62,724 nucleotides of DNA from a virus (Duplodnaviria; Caudoviricetes): positions 1 to 62,724 of the IMG/VR virus record IMGVR_UViG_3300037262_000044; one strand, written 5' to 3'. This document shows positions 19,401-29,623 of the stretch, in pieces. The notes under the pieces were generated by a model that had not been told where the DNA came from, did no database searches, and worked only from the letters and a program-made list of their open reading frames with translations. The translations under genes were made by a program, and so were the position numbers. Position 1 is the first letter of the stretch. Every line of letters starts with the position of its first letter.

Positions 19401-20498
19401 AAAGGCAACAACGCTGAAATGGCAGCGTTGGAAAAGCGTCTCAAAGATGGACATATCACGGAAGAAAGATACCGGGAATTGCGGCGCCGTCAGGAAGAGA
19501 AAACCGCCCAGCATGTTATTGATTCACAGGTAAATAAAGATTACTCCGTCGTTGACTCTACCAAAGCCGGAACCAAGGAAAGGTCGGACGCGGAAGCGCA
19601 ACTGACAACCGATTTAGGAAAACAACAGGATACCCGAAGCGGTAATGATCAGGCAGACAAAGACGAAAGGCTCGCTCATTTACAGGAGGTAGCCGGTAAA
19701 ATACAGGCAGAAGGGCAAGCCTACGGCAAAGCCGCTGAGGCCATTTTCGATATTGGATATAACCGGCAGGTAGTTGATCTGGAAAATCTTGAAAAAAGGC
19801 AGACCCGCGCCTATGAGGTCCAATCCAAGCAAATACAGGATACATCCGCCAGCCAGGAGCAAAAAGCTCTCCGGCAGAAAATCCTCGATGATCAGAAAGC
19901 GGCAGAAGATGTCAAGAATGCCCGGAAGCAAAAACAACTGGATATTGACAAGGCGAAATTCGACAAGGATAAATCCATTATGGATATCATCCTGAATACA
20001 GGAGTGGCTGTCGTAAAAGCCCTCCCGAATATCCCTCTCGCAATTGCGGTGGGAATTGAAGGCGCCGCGGAACTCGCCGTAGCGATCGCTACCCCATTAC
20101 CGAAGTATAAACATGGAGCGGGCATAGGCGGTCGTCCGGCGCACAAGGGCGGCTTAGGTGTCGTCGGGGATGCCTATGTGCCAGAGTTGATAGCCGAGCC
20201 AGGGAAGGCCCCTTTCTGGTCGCCTGCGGTGCCATCCGTACTCGATATGGCACCCGGAGCAAAGATTTACCCGGCTGAGGAGATCAATCGGATGATCAGC
20301 AGCGGCATGTTCGTCAATCAATTCGGGATCATCCAGCAAAAAGAGACCAACCGGGACATGCTTGAGATAAAGCAGGCCATTGTATGGCAAACCGGGAGAA
20401 TCGAACGGGCTTTAGCCAAAAACAAGCCTAAAGTGATCAATAACATAAGATTGGACACCAAATTCGGAGAACATATTCATAAATCAGTCTTCAGGTAA
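16458..20498 (+). CDS. Tape measure protein
   Basis: 1346-aa Ala/Gln/Lys-rich helical protein; NVGNY; C-terminal PLPKYKHG...VGD...E. Confidence 0.9.
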   Translation: MIDKIESFFDLPAIQQEFAAIKTGLGESQSSLVGLYNVIKGFKDTSISTLAANTDQLSTAINGSVQATTKAKSSYDDLTQKITAQVKAVNESITSLNENSEAYDQLIKQAVKNKIANDDLAASANALKKAYQGGQTSLDQYQESLADIKEAQVTLKTSNADVTRALNNMEKQAQSSATAADGLSAKLNLLRQAYYKMSEAEQQTEVGTGLLQNIKDTDVALQKIKNSARDFKDNVGNYAESLTPAFDGLKEQLATINKELANIETRGKTSVQNLNPIGFKTAAQRQQEGLSDQAGSGPTNLAGGANQVSVLNQDAEAYQKLTLQQKVLEGALQRQTIGFKTANQEMRSVRNTLDTMTLAGLQDTEAFEKLGIAYAQNEQKIKDLHREQAILTGDAPGITALTGVARGLGGAYAFGAGAAQLLATGDEKLDKELNHLVAVMTLLQGLEQAVAVLKDKNAIITALETEAQKGLNAVKAIEVSIFGKSKIAQETDAAAKALNTTATEESTVATVANAEATDAMTIATEGAEVAAIGLRTALVATGIGAIIVGIGVLVAEIIQWTEAENKAAQNSAELADAMEKVNEILMARIKLSDEDAEHTKKNLEDALTLSDKNKESYNALFSIRKAQADLDQKTAENDLKKAANTQDIGAAYRSVDGDVKTLTAGMDPLLTKQQRLLDITNIWLLVQQKKINSSEAYFQIYQKYGTNTDEADAKTQLDAVQKEIASNQTVIDAKKKMRDAYNQSVINSEGLTIERIEHEAEQERKLALETGLILVAAVKDRNSKILADARSTSAQRLAAIKSDRDQEIKDAQLERNSLDPSATPQEVLIADAKLRAAKVQANRDFNEKTRVENRKEYEKDRDARLEIFRDANTQSQAIEEDTLSRNIGRRTGDTTGDKKLQALKSQYQEQKNLNEQNRIEDLDAEGLNQEQKLAINKKYDVQLEDLQLKYLKNLQGIQREIQKAALDDLEQYYEDRKTEIEKGNNAEMAALEKRLKDGHITEERYRELRRRQEEKTAQHVIDSQVNKDYSVVDSTKAGTKERSDAEAQLTTDLGKQQDTRSGNDQADKDERLAHLQEVAGKIQAEGQAYGKAAEAIFDIGYNRQVVDLENLEKRQTRAYEVQSKQIQDTSASQEQKALRQKILDDQKAAEDVKNARKQKQLDIDKAKFDKDKSIMDIILNTGVAVVKALPNIPLAIAVGIEGAAELAVAIATPLPKYKHGAGIGGRPAHKGGLGVVGDAYVPELIAEPGKAPFWSPAVPSVLDMAPGAKIYPAEEINRMISSGMFVNQFGIIQQKETNRDMLEIKQAIVWQTGRIERALAKNKPKVINNIRLDTKFGEHIHKSVFR

Positions 20499-23400
20499 TG
20501 CCCATAAGTCGCAGATATTTCTTGCATTTTTTGACCAATCCGGCCGTTGCAAATTCTGCCTGGGTATGCGATAGCATGGGAAATCCGCAACTGCAAAATG
20601 TAACATCTGGCATTGACTGCTCCTTGCCTCAATCTCCTGACGGCTGGGCTGACATTCAGATCAGCTTCGGACGAAACTCCCATTACTGGGGCCTTTCCCG
20701 CACGTTTACGCTCCCCATGAAGTTCGTAGGAGACGGAGCGAAGATCGTCCGGAACGCTCTTTATACCGGTCGGGGAATTGAATCTCCCATGGGTTACATC
20801 GTTCTGAAATGGAACCCCGATACCGGGATTTTCGAATTGTACTATACAGGACTGCTCGATCTCAGCCAGGCGAGTGATCTTGTGGAAGAAGGGGTGACGG
20901 TGAACGTCATGGAAGGAGGGGCGGCCCAGTTTATTAAAGCCTATGAAAATACGATGATCCCCATTCCCTGTAATGGTTCCATCCCTCAGAACAAAAAGAT
21001 ACTAGCCGATGGGATTGAATTTACGGATACCTTTCTCTACCAGATCCTTACTACTCAAAGTCCTTACGCGGGAGATCAGCCTCTCCCGTGCGCCTTCGTA
21101 AGTAATACCGGGGATAATATCGGGGTGACTCATAGTGATCAGCAACTGGACAATCCTTACGCGGGGTATTATCAAATGGCGACTAATTTCCTCTTTACCA
21201 GTGTAGGGGCAATCACGGGTATGGTGATCGAAGGTCAGATTACGGTGCTCTCTGATTTCAGGGTGACGAACACCCTGTTTTATCTACATACAGCAACCAG
21301 TCTATCCGTTCCCATATCCGTCGGGGCTCCGGAGATAACCAACGCGTACGGTCTTGTACTTCCGGCAGCACCGATTGACGGCTGGGAACCCATCCAAAGT
21401 CAGGTCAATATCAACGGGCAGCGCACCTTTGCCTTCAGCGCCACAATCAACCTCGCGGCGAATGAAAACCTGTTCATCTTCTTTTTCAACGATTTCGCGG
21501 CCAACCCCATTACGATACAGGGCGGACAATTCACGCTGAAATTCAATTCAAGGTATCAAGCGTCCCGGGTGTGGGGAATGTCTTTGTTCGATGTCGGGGC
21601 CTATCTCATCAACGCGCTGAACAGTCTATCCAGCAACTTCCTGCAGGTCTTCAACTTCGGATTCAATAGTACGTTCTTACAGGGGAAACTCAACTGGATG
21701 GTGACAAGCGGAGACGCGATTCGGGCCTCCACGGACCCGGAGTATTTTCAATATTTCAACCAGGCGACCGTTAACCCGGACAACCCATCCAATCAATTCT
21801 ACGAACAATTTTCCTTCCAAGGGCCGGCTTTAAAGACATCTTTATCCGACTTTTTCGACGCGGTGAACGCTATAGGAAATTGCGCTCTGGGCAATCAATT
21901 GCTTCCTGGTTCTCCTGAGAGCATCTTTCTGGAAGCCAAAAACTATGCGCTGAACTCCTCCGTCATTACGATGTCCCTGGATAAGATTTCCAATTTTCGG
22001 GTTTCAATCGCACTGGAATATTATTTCAACTGGCTGGAAGTGGGTTATCCTACCCAGCAGTACGATGAAGAAGCAGGTAAGTATGAATACAACTGTAAAT
22101 TCTCCTGGCAGGCCCCAATCAAAACGATTGTGCAAAAACTTTCTCTCATCAGCAAATATAGGGCTGATTCTTACGGATTTGAATATACCCGGTGGAATAC
22201 CCAAGGCGGTAAGTCAACGACTTTCAACGACAGCGACAACGATGTTTTCCTGGTCAACGTCGATCTCAATAGCACGAGCCTGGATTTCTACATGGCCTCT
22301 TTCATCTCGGGCGTTCCCTTACCGACAAGTCCGACGAATACAGACCAGAAACTCATCGTGAATAAAGCCTTTCAGCCATTGTACATGGCTACGCTCAACG
22401 GGGAGTATTTCACACAAAGCAATGATTTCGCCATCTTTATAGTGAACTATCTTGTTAGTGCTTCGCCAGTGGTCTATACCGTGAATGCGGTAATCTTACT
22501 CAACGGGCTCATAGGAGACTCGGCTATGGTCTCGATGTGGGTAAATGGAACCTTAGGCGGCCAATGGCCTCAAGCTATCACCGGAGTCAATACGCCGCTG
22601 ACCATTAACTTTTCGTCTTCCCGGGTCTGGGCCAAAGGAGACTGCATTTATTTCACCCTGGATACTGTCAGAACTTGTACGGGGACTTATCAATCCTTTC
22701 AACTCAACGTGAACGGCTATTTCACGGCTTATTCAACAGGCGCTGATGTGATCAATGCCGGGCAATCCCAACAGTTGGTGAATCTGCCTGTGATAACCGC
22801 GACAACGGAAGACATTGACGGAGTGGCTGTCCCTGTCGTCTCTTATGGATTTCAATATTTTCAATTCCTTTCTCCTGTACAGGATACCAGTTTTACTACT
22901 TCCTTTACAGTGGCAGGGTATTACCAGGGCGGCGGCGGGGATACGACTAATTTCAACCTGTGGAGAAAGGGGGAGATCATAGGAAGTTCGCCGGTTTACA
23001 CAGCCACCGGATCGGGAGCGGCCATTCCTTTTAACCAGGGGGCAAATCCAGGACAGGATGCGGCCTCGATCTTTTTCGATGAGCTATTGGCCTATAATAG
23101 CCCCCAGCCGAATATTCCCGGAACGGCCCCGGATTTGGTGTGGATAACCGGGTCTGTCACAAATATGTCCTCCTGGATTTCCTATATCAACCTGACGATG
23201 CAGTCAGGGACCATCGAAGCCTTCGGGTTCAATAGACCGGCATTCAGTAATGTATCAGGAATACCGAATCCAGCTTCCGCTTTCAATATCCCCGATTTCA
23301 CCCCGAAGCAAATGCTACTCGCCAATGGGTCGATTCTATCGCCGGCGCTTTACACGCTTTCTCCCTCGGTTCTTTCCTTTCAAACCACAGATAAGAACCA

Positions 23401-24667
23401 GTTTTTGAGTACCACCCTGGACGGAGTGACGACAACAGAGAATGCGAACGTGAATATCCATGATCTTGCGGCCCCAGCCTTCCTTCCCTGGATCTTCGAA
23501 TTTGACACGGAAGTGCCTATCAACTTTGCGGACCTCTTAAATTACACGGCTAATGGCCACATAGAATTCACCTACAATGGAGTACAACTCTACGGCTTCC
23601 CGATAGAAGTAAGCAGCAAGCCGGCTTTTAACGAGTCTCAGACCTGGAAATTACTTTGTTCACCCGCTACAAACCTTGCCGATCTGGTTGACCTGGAATC
23701 GACGGGATTGGTTCAATTAACACTTATGGATACCTCAATCCCTCTTATCTGCCCGCTGCATTTTGTGCCGCTGGGTTACACCAAAGCTCCTCAGTATAAG
23801 AACTATACGATGGATCAGGATTGGTATAAAAATCGTGTCACCCAGTGGATCGATCAGTCGAATTATTACGCTCCCTGGGAGTCGGATGATGTGATTCAAT
23901 TGCAATGTCAGACCTTTGGGCTTTCTCCTGTCAATGTGCAGATCATCAACCAATTGGGCCAAAATGTCGGGGGACTGATTAATATTCCCCTGGACACTTC
24001 CCCGTCTATACCTTCAGGGCAATCCCTTTTTACCGGATCTGTGAGTCTTTCGGGACTGACAGGAATTTATTATCTGATCTGGACCATGGGGACCGGACCG
24101 GCTACGGCGACTTTTATCAGCGAAGGGATCAACGTGCAACCTTCCTGGGATAATAATACCATCAGGTTCGACTATTCGAACAGTACCAATAAATTAGCTG
24201 CCGTTTTTAACTCGACCGCCGGTTATTTACCGTGTCTTCGTATCCCCGGCCAGATCAACGGGTACGTACCTAAGAGCAAGTTTACCACGTTCGTGGATCA
24301 GCCGCAGGATATCGATCTCCTGAACGCCATCCCTTACGATACCTGGACCTTGGAAGTCGGGAGAGGATCGGGGCTGCCTGATTACCTTATGCGCAAGATC
24401 GACCGAATTATGTTGCTGAATACGGTGCTAATCGACGGGGATCAATATTCCAGGGATGCAGATGCCCAATGGGAGGTACAGACCTTTCCCGGCCAGGCCA
24501 AAACATACATGACGCTGGCCATCCGGAGATCGAAGAATGAGGACGCGATCACGCTGAACACTGCGGGGCAGTTGGATCAATCGCCTTTTGGAGGATATAT
24601 GTTCGATGCAAGCGCCTTCGGACAAAGCAATTCTGGTCAAAACCTAATTCAAGTGGAGGGCTCATAA
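20498..24667 (+). CDS. Large tail tip/baseplate hub protein
   Basis: 1389-aa beta-rich protein directly after the TMP; PDGW...R...YWG..R.FT.P..FV.DGA. Confidence 0.72.
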   Translation: MPISRRYFLHFLTNPAVANSAWVCDSMGNPQLQNVTSGIDCSLPQSPDGWADIQISFGRNSHYWGLSRTFTLPMKFVGDGAKIVRNALYTGRGIESPMGYIVLKWNPDTGIFELYYTGLLDLSQASDLVEEGVTVNVMEGGAAQFIKAYENTMIPIPCNGSIPQNKKILADGIEFTDTFLYQILTTQSPYAGDQPLPCAFVSNTGDNIGVTHSDQQLDNPYAGYYQMATNFLFTSVGAITGMVIEGQITVLSDFRVTNTLFYLHTATSLSVPISVGAPEITNAYGLVLPAAPIDGWEPIQSQVNINGQRTFAFSATINLAANENLFIFFFNDFAANPITIQGGQFTLKFNSRYQASRVWGMSLFDVGAYLINALNSLSSNFLQVFNFGFNSTFLQGKLNWMVTSGDAIRASTDPEYFQYFNQATVNPDNPSNQFYEQFSFQGPALKTSLSDFFDAVNAIGNCALGNQLLPGSPESIFLEAKNYALNSSVITMSLDKISNFRVSIALEYYFNWLEVGYPTQQYDEEAGKYEYNCKFSWQAPIKTIVQKLSLISKYRADSYGFEYTRWNTQGGKSTTFNDSDNDVFLVNVDLNSTSLDFYMASFISGVPLPTSPTNTDQKLIVNKAFQPLYMATLNGEYFTQSNDFAIFIVNYLVSASPVVYTVNAVILLNGLIGDSAMVSMWVNGTLGGQWPQAITGVNTPLTINFSSSRVWAKGDCIYFTLDTVRTCTGTYQSFQLNVNGYFTAYSTGADVINAGQSQQLVNLPVITATTEDIDGVAVPVVSYGFQYFQFLSPVQDTSFTTSFTVAGYYQGGGGDTTNFNLWRKGEIIGSSPVYTATGSGAAIPFNQGANPGQDAASIFFDELLAYNSPQPNIPGTAPDLVWITGSVTNMSSWISYINLTMQSGTIEAFGFNRPAFSNVSGIPNPASAFNIPDFTPKQMLLANGSILSPALYTLSPSVLSFQTTDKNQFLSTTLDGVTTTENANVNIHDLAAPAFLPWIFEFDTEVPINFADLLNYTANGHIEFTYNGVQLYGFPIEVSSKPAFNESQTWKLLCSPATNLADLVDLESTGLVQLTLMDTSIPLICPLHFVPLGYTKAPQYKNYTMDQDWYKNRVTQWIDQSNYYAPWESDDVIQLQCQTFGLSPVNVQIINQLGQNVGGLINIPLDTSPSIPSGQSLFTGSVSLSGLTGIYYLIWTMGTGPATATFISEGINVQPSWDNNTIRFDYSNSTNKLAAVFNSTAGYLPCLRIPGQINGYVPKSKFTTFVDQPQDIDLLNAIPYDTWTLEVGRGSGLPDYLMRKIDRIMLLNTVLIDGDQYSRDADAQWEVQTFPGQAKTYMTLAIRRSKNEDAITLNTAGQLDQSPFGGYMFDASAFGQSNSGQNLIQVEGS

Positions 24668-24668
24668 T

Positions 24669-26159
24669 ATGGCTAATGAAAATCTTTGGCAACAGACTTT
24701 TCCGGTAAGCGCAGGCAATTCCTTGGTGATGGCGATTTATAAAGCCTCGGCCCCGTCTATTCTCATATCTTCCTATCAGCTTCCTGGTCCATATATCGGT
24801 CAAACTCAACTTCATACGTTTACCGGGCTGCAGGCAGTCCTTTACATTTACATTCTTTACGAATCTCCCGATGGGGGGGCAGACGGAGCGCAACTCAATT
24901 CCTTCACTTTTCAGCCTGGCAGCAACGCATATAATACTCGGGATCCGCTTACCCTTCTGGCCAACACATCTCCGTATTTCGCCAGCGGCACCAATTTCTA
25001 CGGACCGGACCCATCCCTCATCGGCTGGAACTGGTATCCGGACATCCCAGGAGGTATCGGCATCTTGACCTATGGGGTTGATTACGTAAAAACAGTGAAC
25101 GGAACCCCCACTACGCAGGACGATACGACAGCAAACGGTTACCAATATTTGGCCGCGGGATATTCCATCGGAGATGAGGAAAAGGCGGTTCTGGTGTTTC
25201 TCCCCCAATTGGCGGCTTCTACCAGCGTCAGCGGGACCATTGTAAGCGCCACGACCTTATTGACGGCGAATACTACCCTGACTAACTCGGCGGCAGGGCA
25301 GGCATTCCTCCTGCAAGGAGCCGCTCCGGCTCTCGGGATAACGTTTCCTGCTACCTCAACAATGCCCGACAATGAGCCGATATTCATCAACTCGGCCGGT
25401 GGAACGCATGTCAACGCTGGGTTATTGGCTGCAGCAGGAGATACTTTTGAATGGTATAACAATGCTACCCTCCTGGGATCGGCCACAAGGGCAACAAGCC
25501 TATATCTCGGGCAGTGTGAATCCATAGGACTTTACAAATGGACCTACCCCAGCGGGGCGCGCAGGTGGCTCATCTTTCAAGGTGGTGAGGGGATGAGAAT
25601 GGTGGGAGAAATCATTTACGATTATTCCATGATCCCGCTGAATACAGTTTTCTGCAATGGTCAATTGCTCAGCCGTACCGCCTATGCGAGACTCTGGGCC
25701 TGGGTGCAGGCCAGTGGAACGACGATTGTCTCCGACAGTGCGTGGAACAATACAGCGACATATAACGGGGTAACTTACCAGGCAAACCAGGGTTATTTCA
25801 GCCAGGGAGATGGCAGCACCACTTTCCGGGTGCCTAAACTTTGGTCCTACTCTTACCTCAGATTAAAAGCGGGTACAGCTGGTTTCGGGTACGGCTATGG
25901 CTTTTCCGGGGATTTCAACCCACCATATGTGCAACCCCATGATGCACCGACGCATGGTGGCGGGGTTATTACCGGCGGAGGTGGCAGTCTATATCTTTCC
26001 CGTGTAAGCGGTGGCCGGTATTCAGGCGGAGGGAGTGATACATTTGGAGGCTCCGCTGCCGTGGACATAACGATGCGGACGGGCCCAGCCAGCACGGCAA
26101 GTACAACGGGGGAAAATTTGACAGCGGGGTTCGGGGTCTATGCGCTCCTAAGAACGTAG
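24669..26159 (+). CDS. Tail fibre protein with collar-like domain
   Basis: FCNGQLLSRTAYARLW and GDGSTTFRVP tail-collar motifs. Confidence 0.8.
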   Translation: MANENLWQQTFPVSAGNSLVMAIYKASAPSILISSYQLPGPYIGQTQLHTFTGLQAVLYIYILYESPDGGADGAQLNSFTFQPGSNAYNTRDPLTLLANTSPYFASGTNFYGPDPSLIGWNWYPDIPGGIGILTYGVDYVKTVNGTPTTQDDTTANGYQYLAAGYSIGDEEKAVLVFLPQLAASTSVSGTIVSATTLLTANTTLTNSAAGQAFLLQGAAPALGITFPATSTMPDNEPIFINSAGGTHVNAGLLAAAGDTFEWYNNATLLGSATRATSLYLGQCESIGLYKWTYPSGARRWLIFQGGEGMRMVGEIIYDYSMIPLNTVFCNGQLLSRTAYARLWAWVQASGTTIVSDSAWNNTATYNGVTYQANQGYFSQGDGSTTFRVPKLWSYSYLRLKAGTAGFGYGYGFSGDFNPPYVQPHDAPTHGGGVITGGGGSLYLSRVSGGRYSGGGSDTFGGSAAVDITMRTGPASTASTTGENLTAGFGVYALLRT

Positions 26160-26263
26160 CAAAATGCGCGATTGTGGTTTAAAAACGACGAAATGATCAG
26201 TGAATCCACTTATTGGGACAACTATATTAACGTTTTTTTGACAATAGTGTAATTTTAAATTAT

Positions 26264-29200
26264 ATGAAGCGATTATCCCTGCTTTTGATCGTTCTGACGC
26301 TTTCCCTGGTGGGATATAGCCAAATTATCGTCTACCCGAACTCGGGCATTTACGGAGTAGGATATAACAGGATTGTTCCCCTCAATACCCTCTGGTTGCC
26401 TACCGGCTGCGGCGTTCCTACCGGAAAGACTTCTTTAAACGCACCCGGAACCAATCCGCGGCAGGCGGCCGTCTATACCGACACCTGCGGGCATCACATT
26501 TATTGGTATGATCCAAGCGACTCCGGATGGTCGCGCATTGATACCGGAGGGGGCGGAGGCGGCGCTGGAACGGTCACGGCCATTCTCATCAGCAATGACA
26601 GCCTTTATTATACCACTTCTTCGGGGAACACCTTTGTGGCCATTATTCTGGAGCAATATGATTCGACCATTAAATATGTCACGCCGACCCAACTGAATAA
26701 CAGCATTGCCGCGCTGCCATCAGTCTATAATGATCGAACCGATCCAGCCTCAGATTCCGTGGGTGGATCTGTTTCTGGCAGCGCACTTCCCTTAAGGGGG
26801 ATTAAAGACACTTCCTTAGACGGATCTGTGACTATTTCAGTTATTTCGAATCCTCATACCATTTATCATAATTTCAGCGCCTCCGGAGGCGGATCATCAC
26901 CTCCTTTCAGCGACGCCAATCCCATAGCGAAGAATGCATCAGATGCCACCAAGTTATTTCAATATAGCCTCGGCGGCCTCACTACCGGCACAACAGTCGT
27001 GGAAACCATTCCGGCTTCCAGCTATACGTCTGCAGGGATTAATCTTAACCAGACATGGAGCGGGAAGCCAACCCTTACGGCTGGGCTACAGTTAAACAGC
27101 AACGTGACCTACGGAACAACCAACGCCTACCAGATAGGAAGCAGCGGGAATGTGAGTACGCAGGTATGGTCCAGAAGTTTCAATTCAGATGGGCAACTAA
27201 CTTTATCGGCACCTGCAGGAGCTACTATTCAGGGGCAGATCAATGGGGTTCCGAAATTTGAGGTGCTGAATACGGGACAGATCCAGCTGGGGGGCTATGG
27301 ATCGGGAGCTTTCACCGGTACGGCTGTTTATGCAATAGGAGAAACATCGGCAGGCAATTTAATAGAAACATCTTTGGGAGGGATCATACCGCCTAATATC
27401 GGAACGGGCGTAAACGTCTATGCTCCGCAGATCCCGGGATTCAGGCGAATAACTGCTTTAGCTCCGTTGACAGCCGATACCACGACGACAACTAACTCGA
27501 TAACCATCCAGGCCGACACGGCCAGTTCCACGCTAACCAACCTCGCATCGTATCAATGGATACTCAACCAGGGCTACACCAACTTCTTATGGGTCAACGT
27601 GAAAAGCGCCCCCTATAATGCCTATGGAGATGGGATACACGACGACACTTATGCAATTCAGATGGCGGCGGCGGCATGTGGATCGGGAGGAGCCGTTCTT
27701 TATTTCCCCCCGGGGAGGTATATTGTTTCTGGAACGATCAGGCTTCCCTATAAAGTCCAGGTCCTGGGGTGCGGGGGTTCAAATGCCGGGATCTTCAATT
27801 CGGTAACTCCTTCAACCGCTTTTTACCGTGACTCCACGACGGACATTACCCAGATCTGGTCTACGTCAGCCTCTGATACTGTCTTTGTGCTCGGCGGCAG
27901 CGGCAGTTCGATATCGGGGATGAATATTGTTCTCGCTCCGGGTGTCACGGCAACGTCTACTAACGTCGGCATTTATGGTGCCGGCACTTCTTTGAAACTA
28001 AAAGATATGGGCGTCGGTAGCTTTTATAACTGCGTCGACGATACGGCAGCGGTAGAAGTCACCATAAGTGACGTCTTTATCTGGAATCCCGTCAACTACG
28101 GCATCTGGATGCAAAACCGGAAAAATGCGGACGGCGGGGATAACAGTTGTATTCAGTCCTTCTTTTACGCCGGCAACAACAATACGCGTGCGATGGTCAG
28201 GCTGGAAAATGGCGGATGGAAGTTCATGCAAAATAAGTGGAACGCCAATGCGGGTTATAGTGGCGAAGCCCAAATAGGCATATGGCTTGAGATCTATGGC
28301 TCTGCCGGAAGCACATCTGATTTGAACCTGTCAGGAAATAGCTATGAGAACATAAGCGATACGGTCATTTATTTACATGCCAGCGGGGGGGGTATTTTTT
28401 ACAATGCTCAAATCGAAGGTGAACAAATATCCACCTATTCCTCAACCAGTTCGGGAGTGGTGGAAAATGGACTGTCCGGGTGGAAAATGGATAATTGTAT
28501 CGTCAACGAAGGCACTGGTGCCGGAACGATCGGCGTGAATGCTACTGATCCGCCTCAAACTTTCGTTGCAAATCTAGTGAACGGATACGCGACGGCAGTT
28601 ACCCCTGCGGTTAGTACCTCTTCTTTCTTCATGAGCAATGTCACCGGACTGAATACCCTTCTTAACTTATCCGGAAGCTACAGCGGACTGATGAACGCCG
28701 GTATTACAAACACCAGCGCTTCTGGTTATATTTCCTGGAATGTATTCGGCAGCGGCAGCAACGGAGCTATCATCCGCACCTACGGACCCAGTTTCAGCGT
28801 ATCGAGTCTTCGAAATATAGCCCTTTTCAGCGGCACACAAAATGTCATGCTCGGGTCCATTACTTCTGGATACCCCACCAACATCGTGGGAGGGAGTACC
28901 ACGCCGTTGATTACGGCTACTGGTGCATTAGTTCAATTCCCTCAGATTGCTTCGAATATAATCGACTCCACGAATTTTAAAGTAGCGGTCATTCGACAGT
29001 CCGATCAGTCGATTTTCCAAACCAACTGGCCGACTTTCGGGAGTGGCGGCAGCGGAGTGACATCCTTTGGTACTCCAACTACCTCATACGCTAATGGCGC
29101 TACCGTTTCAGGGACTACGGCATATTTGGGATTAGCAAGCTCTAGCAATCCGGGAATTATTGCCGGTTCGGGTGCTCAGACATTAGGGGCTACTCTTACT

Positions 29201-29623
29201 CTTTCCAATGCTTTGACGGTTAACGCTGCTATTTCAACATCAAGCACTCATGGGGTAAACATATCAGCCAAAAACGATTTAACCAGCCAAAGCGGAGCCG
29301 GGACTATAACGTCTTACGCGGTGCCGGGAAGCGGAAGCAATAATAACTTTCAGATATCCGCTTACATAAATATTTTATCCATTGTAACGGATATTCTACA
29401 AGTTCAAGTGACATTTACAGGGGAAGACAACGCTAGTCATACAGTGACATTCTATTCCCAGGGAGTAACGTCTGCAAATCTTACCAGTACGGGATATTAC
29501 CCGTTTCCTCCTATTTTTGTTTCAGTTAAACAAGGAACTACTATTACAGCGTCGGTGGTGTTTACAACAGGAACCGGCTCCGTAACCTATGATGCGGGAG
29601 CTATTATAACACAGATGTATTAA
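26264..29623 (+). CDS. Tailspike-like beta-helix protein (pectate lyase 3-like) with a Sec signal peptide
   Basis: VNVKSAPYNAYGDGIHDDT.AIQ.A...LYFPPGRY; N-terminal MKRLSLLLIVLTLSLVGYS|Q. Confidence 0.8.
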   Translation: MKRLSLLLIVLTLSLVGYSQIIVYPNSGIYGVGYNRIVPLNTLWLPTGCGVPTGKTSLNAPGTNPRQAAVYTDTCGHHIYWYDPSDSGWSRIDTGGGGGGAGTVTAILISNDSLYYTTSSGNTFVAIILEQYDSTIKYVTPTQLNNSIAALPSVYNDRTDPASDSVGGSVSGSALPLRGIKDTSLDGSVTISVISNPHTIYHNFSASGGGSSPPFSDANPIAKNASDATKLFQYSLGGLTTGTTVVETIPASSYTSAGINLNQTWSGKPTLTAGLQLNSNVTYGTTNAYQIGSSGNVSTQVWSRSFNSDGQLTLSAPAGATIQGQINGVPKFEVLNTGQIQLGGYGSGAFTGTAVYAIGETSAGNLIETSLGGIIPPNIGTGVNVYAPQIPGFRRITALAPLTADTTTTTNSITIQADTASSTLTNLASYQWILNQGYTNFLWVNVKSAPYNAYGDGIHDDTYAIQMAAAACGSGGAVLYFPPGRYIVSGTIRLPYKVQVLGCGGSNAGIFNSVTPSTAFYRDSTTDITQIWSTSASDTVFVLGGSGSSISGMNIVLAPGVTATSTNVGIYGAGTSLKLKDMGVGSFYNCVDDTAAVEVTISDVFIWNPVNYGIWMQNRKNADGGDNSCIQSFFYAGNNNTRAMVRLENGGWKFMQNKWNANAGYSGEAQIGIWLEIYGSAGSTSDLNLSGNSYENISDTVIYLHASGGGIFYNAQIEGEQISTYSSTSSGVVENGLSGWKMDNCIVNEGTGAGTIGVNATDPPQTFVANLVNGYATAVTPAVSTSSFFMSNVTGLNTLLNLSGSYSGLMNAGITNTSASGYISWNVFGSGSNGAIIRTYGPSFSVSSLRNIALFSGTQNVMLGSITSGYPTNIVGGSTTPLITATGALVQFPQIASNIIDSTNFKVAVIRQSDQSIFQTNWPTFGSGGSGVTSFGTPTTSYANGATVSGTTAYLGLASSSNPGIIAGSGAQTLGATLTLSNALTVNAAISTSSTHGVNISAKNDLTSQSGAGTITSYAVPGSGSNNNFQISAYINILSIVTDILQVQVTFTGEDNASHTVTFYSQGVTSANLTSTGYYPFPPIFVSVKQGTTITASVVFTTGTGSVTYDAGAIITQMY

